IMG/VR virus record: IMGVR_UViG_3300042402_001228
Location: 1-28,802 of that record
DNA from: a virus
Lineage: Duplodnaviria; Caudoviricetes
Length of the DNA stretch: 28,802 nt
Reading direction: 5' to 3' (one strand)
Of the stretch, positions 24,026-28,802 are shown in pieces (position 1 is the first letter of the stretch; each line of letters starts with the position of its first letter). Made by a program: the position numbers and the translations under genes. Below the pieces are notes generated by a model. That model did no database searches and was not told the DNA's origin. It worked only from the letters and a program-made list of their open reading frames with translations.

Positions 24026-24564
24026 TTGTTTGCTCCTTGTTGTACTAATAAGTGTTTAACCGCTTCACGAAGTGCAGGTGTGATCGCGTCAATAATGTCA
24101 AACGTTTCAAGCGTGGTTTGTTCGATTAGATATTCATCGTCTATTTCTCCTTCATTTTTTGGCGCACTTGGCAAATACATCCAATAAATAACCTTATTGA
24201 TAATTTCATCCGTTTCACTTGTAGGATTTAATAATAAAAAATCAATTTTTGATGACGTTATTGAGAAAAAACACGTATGATAATTATTGTCGCAGTCAGC
24301 AACTAAAACGTTTGCATGATTTTTTGGATGACTTCTTTTATCAATTTTTTGAAATCTTTTCCATTTTAAAACTGTTCTTTCTGGCTCAGGCGTTAATTCC
24401 GTTTTTGGTTTTTCTAACGCTTTTTCAATAGCTAATTCTTTTTTTATAATAGAATCAATTAAATTAGAGCCATATTCTCTAAGACTTAATATTTCCACTA
24501 TTTCTTTAGCATCATGCCCTTTTTCATAAAGAGCCATAATTGCTTTTTTTGTCTTTACGTTCAC
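24022..24564 (-). CDS. Hypothetical protein: N-terminal HTH-like segment plus DUF551-like domain
   Basis: GTG 24564 overlaps upstream stop (ORF track start 24576); 'LYEKGHDAKEIVEIL'; 'W......P.....VLV ... VIYWMYLPSAPK'. Confidence 0.6.
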   Translation of the reverse strand: MNVKTKKAIMALYEKGHDAKEIVEILSLREYGSNLIDSIIKKELAIEKALEKPKTELTPEPERTVLKWKRFQKIDKRSHPKNHANVLVADCDNNYHTCFFSITSSKIDFLLLNPTSETDEIINKVIYWMYLPSAPKNEGEIDDEYLIEQTTLETFDIIDAITPALREAVKHLLVQQGANK

Positions 24565-25427
24565 GACAACCTCCAATACTCACTCGCTGCACCCATGTAA
24601 GGCGTTAAATCTGCATTAGGTAGCAATTCTTTGACGGCTTTGGCGTAGCTTACTGAACCTTTTTTGACTACCTTTGTTAATTTGTGCCCGTTGATCTCGC
24701 TGTCTTGTTCTTTGCAATCTCTGACAATATGCTCAAGCACACCCTTTTTAATGGCTTCAAGCTCTGCGATCTGCGCAGACAATTCAAAATAATACTCCAC
24801 GCGGTACGCTGTAGAATTGGCGTTGTTGGTGGCGCGTTTATCTTGCAAATACTTTTCTGGGTTATCGCGCTGAATTAAATATTCGTCATGGAAACTTTTT
24901 AAAATTGGCAAGTGTTTGTTTATCCACTCGCGATCATAATCAATGGTTTCTATTTGGTCGCCATTTGGACTCCATTGATAAAAATCACACGCGCTCATGT
25001 GCGTCACAAATAATTGCACTTGAATCTGCGCATAATAATGCGGCTGCTGTGCTAATAATTTAAACACAGGTGGATTTTTATCACGTTGACCGTATGGGCA
25101 TTTAATCTCGATTAGTTTATCAAAACCAGCAAATCCATCGGGACTTGCTCCTAGCCAGTAATCGTGTGTATAAAACTCACATTTTTCTACATAAACACCT
25201 GTTTTTAACTGATAATCCATCTTTGCTAAATCTTCGTGAAACGTGCCATATTCTGTGGCTTGGTTGCCTTTAAATTCACGCTCTGCGTTGTGATATTCAC
25301 GCACCATGTTGCGCATGACATCTTCGCGCTTCATAAATGGTGATAATCCAAGTATTGCGCCAACGCTTGACGCGGTAATACGCCCAACACGTTGTGCAAA
25401 CCATTCTGGTGTTCTTTGCTCTATCAT
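24561..25427 (-). CDS. YqaJ / lambda-exonuclease family recombination nuclease
   Basis: Start MIEQRT (AAGGTGA RBS); 'QRTPEW...R.GRITAS....ILG.SPF', 'YGT..E', 'LGASPDG', 'IEIKCP', 'YYAQIQ.Q'. Confidence 0.93.
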   Translation of the reverse strand: MIEQRTPEWFAQRVGRITASSVGAILGLSPFMKREDVMRNMVREYHNAEREFKGNQATEYGTFHEDLAKMDYQLKTGVYVEKCEFYTHDYWLGASPDGFAGFDKLIEIKCPYGQRDKNPPVFKLLAQQPHYYAQIQVQLFVTHMSACDFYQWSPNGDQIETIDYDREWINKHLPILKSFHDEYLIQRDNPEKYLQDKRATNNANSTAYRVEYYFELSAQIAELEAIKKGVLEHIVRDCKEQDSEINGHKLTKVVKKGSVSYAKAVKELLPNADLTPYMGAASEYWRLS

Positions 25428-25478
25428 TTTACTCACCTTTATTTGCTGCACGTCCATGTGCGTTTGTTTAGTTAATTA

Positions 25479-25985
25479 TCAGAAAGGAACATCGAAATTA
25501 TCATCAGCAATTTCTGGCGTTGCTTTAATTGCTTGCACAGGTTCTTCAACACTGCGTGGTGATACTGCTGCAACCCAGTTGCCTGTTTTGTCGTTTATCT
25601 CCCAAATCATGACTTTAATTAACATAGGTTTTTGCATAAGGTGTAAAAGCGTTTCATTGGTTGGGGCAGAATCAGACTTGGATAATTTGCCGCCCGCGTT
25701 TTTATCAATAGCCGCTAACATATTCAAAGCCTTGTCGCGTTTCTTTGTTTCTGCATCAAAAATGCGCACCTTTTGAAACACTTTGCGGTTTTTATAAGCG
25801 TCTGGTTTGTTTACTGTCCACGCCAAATTAATATATTCATCGCCTTGATATTCCGCAATGTTAGCTTCAGTAATCATGGCTAAGCAGGTCGTGTTTTCTG
25901 GTATCAACGCGATACCACCGCCCGATTCAAATTTACCCGTTGTGTCTGTTGCGCTTTTACCTTCGCTTGTTTGCCAAAAACTCAT
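25479..25985 (-). CDS. Single-stranded DNA-binding protein (DUF669-like)
   Basis: 168 aa; 'Y.NRKVF', acidic C-terminal 'DDNFDVPF' tail; lies between Sak4-like and exonuclease genes. Confidence 0.8.
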   Translation of the reverse strand: MSFWQTSEGKSATDTTGKFESGGGIALIPENTTCLAMITEANIAEYQGDEYINLAWTVNKPDAYKNRKVFQKVRIFDAETKKRDKALNMLAAIDKNAGGKLSKSDSAPTNETLLHLMQKPMLIKVMIWEINDKTGNWVAAVSPRSVEEPVQAIKATPEIADDNFDVPF

Positions 25986-25987
25986 AA

Positions 25988-26737
25988 TTATTCTCCTAAA
26001 AATTTTAATAATGGATTGATTCCGTGTTGGATAAAAATATCGTCAGTTAATCCCATGCGGTTTTTACTAACGCTTGACGCTTCACTTGTGCATTGAATAA
26101 TCCGCTCACCCGTGCTTTTTGCTTTTGATTTCTTTTGCTCATCTTTCATCACAAAAGTTTCTAGGCGCATAAAACCTACAAAATCTGCATCATCAATGTA
26201 ATGGCTTTGTGATTTCTTTTCCATTTTTAAGCCATACTGTTGATAAGCATCACTGTCTGGCAAATCAATTGTGTTTAATTCTGCGTGGCTTAAAAAAACA
26301 ATGTTCATGTCTTTTTTATCCACTAAAATCTGACACGCTTTGCGCACTCTACCGTGCATAGATGATAATGCCTGATAACCAGCACCATACCCACCCATTG
26401 CAAGTGCTAAGGCTTTTGCGCTGGCGTTGCCTTTGGTTATTTCGTCAGTAAACAGACGATCTAATTTACTGATTGAATCAATCACCAATGTTTTGTACTG
26501 GTGATCTTCATTAATTAAAGTTAACAGTTGATTATAAATATCGTCGCTGCTTGTAAGCAATGGGAAGGCGTCAGGCATTGCACTGGAAGGAACAGAAGAT
26601 AAACCATCTTCAGCTCTGATAAAAATAGGCGCGGGAAATGTGCTGGCTAGGCTGGTTTTGCCAATACCTGCGCCACCGTAAATGGTGAACAATCGGTATT
26701 TATTAACGGGTTTGCTAATCGTGCTTAAAAGGCTCAT
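25988..26737 (-). CDS. Sak4-like AAA_24 ssDNA-annealing ATPase
   Basis: 'IYGGAGIGKTSLA', 'FIRAEDG', 'YKTLVIDSI..L', 'GGYGAGY', 'FLSH', 'D.VGF', 'KNR.GL'. Confidence 0.9.
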   Translation of the reverse strand: MSLLSTISKPVNKYRLFTIYGGAGIGKTSLASTFPAPIFIRAEDGLSSVPSSAMPDAFPLLTSSDDIYNQLLTLINEDHQYKTLVIDSISKLDRLFTDEITKGNASAKALALAMGGYGAGYQALSSMHGRVRKACQILVDKKDMNIVFLSHAELNTIDLPDSDAYQQYGLKMEKKSQSHYIDDADFVGFMRLETFVMKDEQKKSKAKSTGERIIQCTSEASSVSKNRMGLTDDIFIQHGINPLLKFLGE

Positions 26738-27009
26738 GCTACACCTCCAGCATAAACAGCAGATTGAAAATAAGAGCGTGCAACTTCATTTACTAAATAA
26801 GTGTTAGTAAATGATTGGAATTTTTTTGTTGCGTGTTGGGCATAAGCTAAAGATAATTCTGTTCGGGTGCTTTCGTCAGCATCAATAAAAGAATTAGTCA
26901 TCTTGTCTTGGCTAATTGAATTTGCAACTGATTGTGCAAACATTAAAACATCGGCTGGGTGTACGCCCATTGATGCTGCCAAATTAATAACGTCTTGTGA
27001 GTATTTCAT
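26734..27009 (-). CDS. Hypothetical protein, first gene of recombination operon
   Basis: Start MKYSQ (27009) with GGAG RBS; ATGA overlap with Sak4-like gene. Confidence 0.65.
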   Translation of the reverse strand: MKYSQDVINLAASMGVHPADVLMFAQSVANSISQDKMTNSFIDADESTRTELSLAYAQHATKKFQSFTNTYLVNEVARSYFQSAVYAGGVA

Positions 27010-27060
27010 TGTGTTGCTCCGCATTGGGATTAAAAAAAATAATTTGTTACTACGGGTACT

Positions 27061-27100
27061 ATATTACTAAAAATAGTTTATAATGTAAACATATTTTTTT
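27061..27100 (-). promoter_or_regulatory. Sigma70-type promoter for recombination operon, in divergent control region
   Basis: Minus strand AAAAAAATATG-TTTACA(-35)-17 bp-TAATAT(-10); + strand TATAAT at 27079-27084 overlaps it. Confidence 0.7.
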
Positions 27101-27131
27101 AAATCTTAAAATACAACAAGGAAAGCACACA

Positions 27132-27308
27132 ATGACACCAAATGAAATCAAAGAAAAATTACGCGTGATGAACATTAGCAAAGTAGCGGAGGAATCGGGC
27201 GTGTCGCGCAATATGCTGCATCGATTTTTGCACGATCAGTTTAAAAAAGAAAAAACACCTTATGAAAAAACCGTTGAACGCTTAGCGCAATATTTAGGAA
27301 AATTATGA
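27132..27308 (+). CDS. Cro-like helix-turn-helix protein (58 aa)
   Basis: Own translation MTPNEIKEKLRVMNISKVAEESGVSRNMLHRFLHDQFKKEKTPYEKTVERLAQYLGKL; AAGGA RBS; ATGA overlap with primase gene. Confidence 0.8.
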   Translation: MTPNEIKEKLRVMNISKVAEESGVSRNMLHRFLHDQFKKEKTPYEKTVERLAQYLGKL

Positions 27309-28802
27309 ATGATTTATTAAATGCAATACGCGCTTCGGGCATAAATCCGCCAACGCATATAAATCAGCACGGCATTACGCGCTTTGCCACTACAGGCAAA
27401 GAGAAATCTGGCTGGGTATCATTATTTATAGACGGCAAAGGCGCATGTTATGGTGACTGGAAATCGGGCGAGCAACACGTTTGGTTTGCTGATGGCTTTA
27501 GAAGTAGCGAAAACGATTACGAACGCGAACAAGCCATTGAAAAAGCCAAAGAAGAACGGGATTTTGCTTACAGCAACGCAGCGTTTAACGCTCAGGAGCT
27601 GTATGCAAAACTCCCACACGCTTTAGATCACGATTATTTGACGCGCAAAAATGTCAAGTCACACGCGGCACTGCGCATTTATGACGGCAAACTTGTTATT
27701 CCTGTTTATGGCGTGGGTGGTGAAATCCAGTCGCTTCAATATATTGCCACAGACGGCACAAAACGATTTTACACGGGCGGTAAAATGCAGGGCGGTTACT
27801 TCACTATTGGTGAGCCGTCCGACATGGTAATCATTGCCGAAGGATTTGCCACCGCTATGACAATCCACGAAGCCACAGCACAATGTGTTGTGGTTGCGTT
27901 TAACGCTGGGAATTTAAAGCCAGTGTGCGACATGGTGCGCAGTCAGTACAAAGGCAGGGTGATTATATGCGCGGATAATGACGCAAGCGGTGTAGGTATC
28001 GAGAAAGCCAATAAATGCGGGGTTGAAGTTATCCACTCGCCCATTGTTGGTGAAGATTTTAACGACATGGCAAAACGCGCAGGCATATCGGCCGTTGCGG
28101 ATTTTATTATTGGCAAAAAGCAAAACCTGTTTGTTTCAGTTCATGATTTGATGGCAAACACGACACGCGCTGATTGGGTAATTAAAAATCTACTTGAGCG
28201 CGGCTCAAACACATTATTGTTTGGTGAATCTGGGGCGTGTAAATCGCTGATTGCGATGGACTGGGCGTTCTGTATTGGCAACGGTATTCCGTGGCACGGT
28301 CACAAAACTAAGAAAGGCACGGTGGTGGTCATTGCTGGTGAGGGTCATCGAGGGCTTGCAATGAGGATGCAAGCACTCAAACAAAAATACAACATGAATC
28401 CTGACAATATTTATTTTAGCACAAAAAGCGTTAATTTGCTCGATACAGACGCGGTTATGCGTGTAGCCAGTATATTAGATGGGTTAGGCTTAGACGAGCC
28501 TCCATGCGCCATTTTCATCGACACAATGCACAGAAATATGCACGGTGATGAGAATAGCAGCGAGGATATGGCGATATTCTTGGCTAACATGGAATTATTG
28601 GCTAAAAAATACAACGCAGCCATTGTTCCAGTGCATCATAGTGGTCATGGTGATAAAGGTCGGGCGCGTGGAAGCTCAGCCATTAAAGCAGGCATGGACG
28701 CAGAATTTTGCATGACAAAGAAATCTAAAATGGAAGTCACGCTGTCATGTACCAAATCAAAAGATTTTAGTGCAGGCAATAATATGGATTTTAGAATAAA
28801 AG
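27305..28802 (+). CDS. Primase-helicase (TOPRIM + RepA/AAA_25), 3' truncated
   Basis: Own translation (absent from ORF track, no stop in window): 'H.YL.RK', 'LVIP', 'SLQYI..DG.KRF', 'IIAEGFATA', 'AFNAGNL', 'IICADND', 'DFND', 'LLFGESGACKS', 'AGEG', 'IFIDT', 'DENS', 'VHHSG....ARGSSA'. Confidence 0.9.
   Translation, partial: MNDLLNAIRASGINPPTHINQHGITRFATTGKEKSGWVSLFIDGKGACYGDWKSGEQHVWFADGFRSSENDYEREQAIEKAKEERDFAYSNAAFNAQELYAKLPHALDHDYLTRKNVKSHAALRIYDGKLVIPVYGVGGEIQSLQYIATDGTKRFYTGGKMQGGYFTIGEPSDMVIIAEGFATAMTIHEATAQCVVVAFNAGNLKPVCDMVRSQYKGRVIICADNDASGVGIEKANKCGVEVIHSPIVGEDFNDMAKRAGISAVADFIIGKKQNLFVSVHDLMANTTRADWVIKNLLERGSNTLLFGESGACKSLIAMDWAFCIGNGIPWHGHKTKKGTVVVIAGEGHRGLAMRMQALKQKYNMNPDNIYFSTKSVNLLDTDAVMRVASILDGLGLDEPPCAIFIDTMHRNMHGDENSSEDMAIFLANMELLAKKYNAAIVPVHHSGHGDKGRARGSSAIKAGMDAEFCMTKKSKMEVTLSCTKSKDFSAGNNMDFRIK

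Noticed and set aside
12669-27024. ORF-track starts at 12669, 18711, 24576, 25457 and 27024
   Set aside because: Downstream starts (12678, 18672, 24564, 25427, 27009) fit RBSs, stop/start overlaps or family N-termini better.
18229-27070. Plus-strand ORFs within the minus-strand block (e.g. 18229-18498, 22012-22293, 25306-25776)
   Set aside because: Fully overlap well-supported genes on the opposite strand, with no independent coding signal.
27422-28623. Minus-strand ORFs near the window end
   Set aside because: Antisense to the primase-helicase gene, which the ORF track omitted because it lacks a stop in the window.
1-28802. tRNA genes, integrase/att site, alternative genetic code
   Set aside because: Intergenic gaps are short with no cloverleaf seen, no recombinase ORF is present, and genes are full length under code 11 with TAA, TGA and TAG all used as stops.

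Overview
A ~29 kb, AT-rich segment of a long-tailed (siphovirus-type) dsDNA phage genome in three blocks. (1) A + strand late operon (1-17272): scaffold C-terminus, P22-coat-like major capsid protein, head-tail/neck genes, tail tube, tail assembly chaperone with a -1 frameshift site (G GGA AAC), 1755-aa tape measure protein, two tail-tip proteins, a 17-aa-repeat tail fibre with an S74 chaperone domain, and a lysis cassette of three small membrane proteins plus a GH24 lysozyme. (2) A - strand early/middle block (17285-27009): Sak4/SSB/YqaJ recombination module, SF2 helicase, VRR-NUC nuclease, dUTPase, wHTH-DUF3310 fusion, a degenerate HNH protein and many micro-ORFs, behind two near-identical sigma70-type promoters. 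(3) A divergent + strand Cro-like HTH gene and a TOPRIM-AAA_25 primase-helicase cut off by the window end. No integrase, tRNA, CRISPR array or reverse transcriptase is visible. I cannot demonstrate a complete new system. The best leads are the same ~75-aa module inserted in two adjacent tail-tip genes, RBS-occluding hairpins sharing a TCCTGT motif in the three long late-operon spacers, a lysis cassette with no visible spanin and two YvrJ-like paralogues, an apparently nuclease-dead HNH-HTH protein, and a cluster of membrane micro-proteins. Family assignments come from motif recognition by eye, not database searches.
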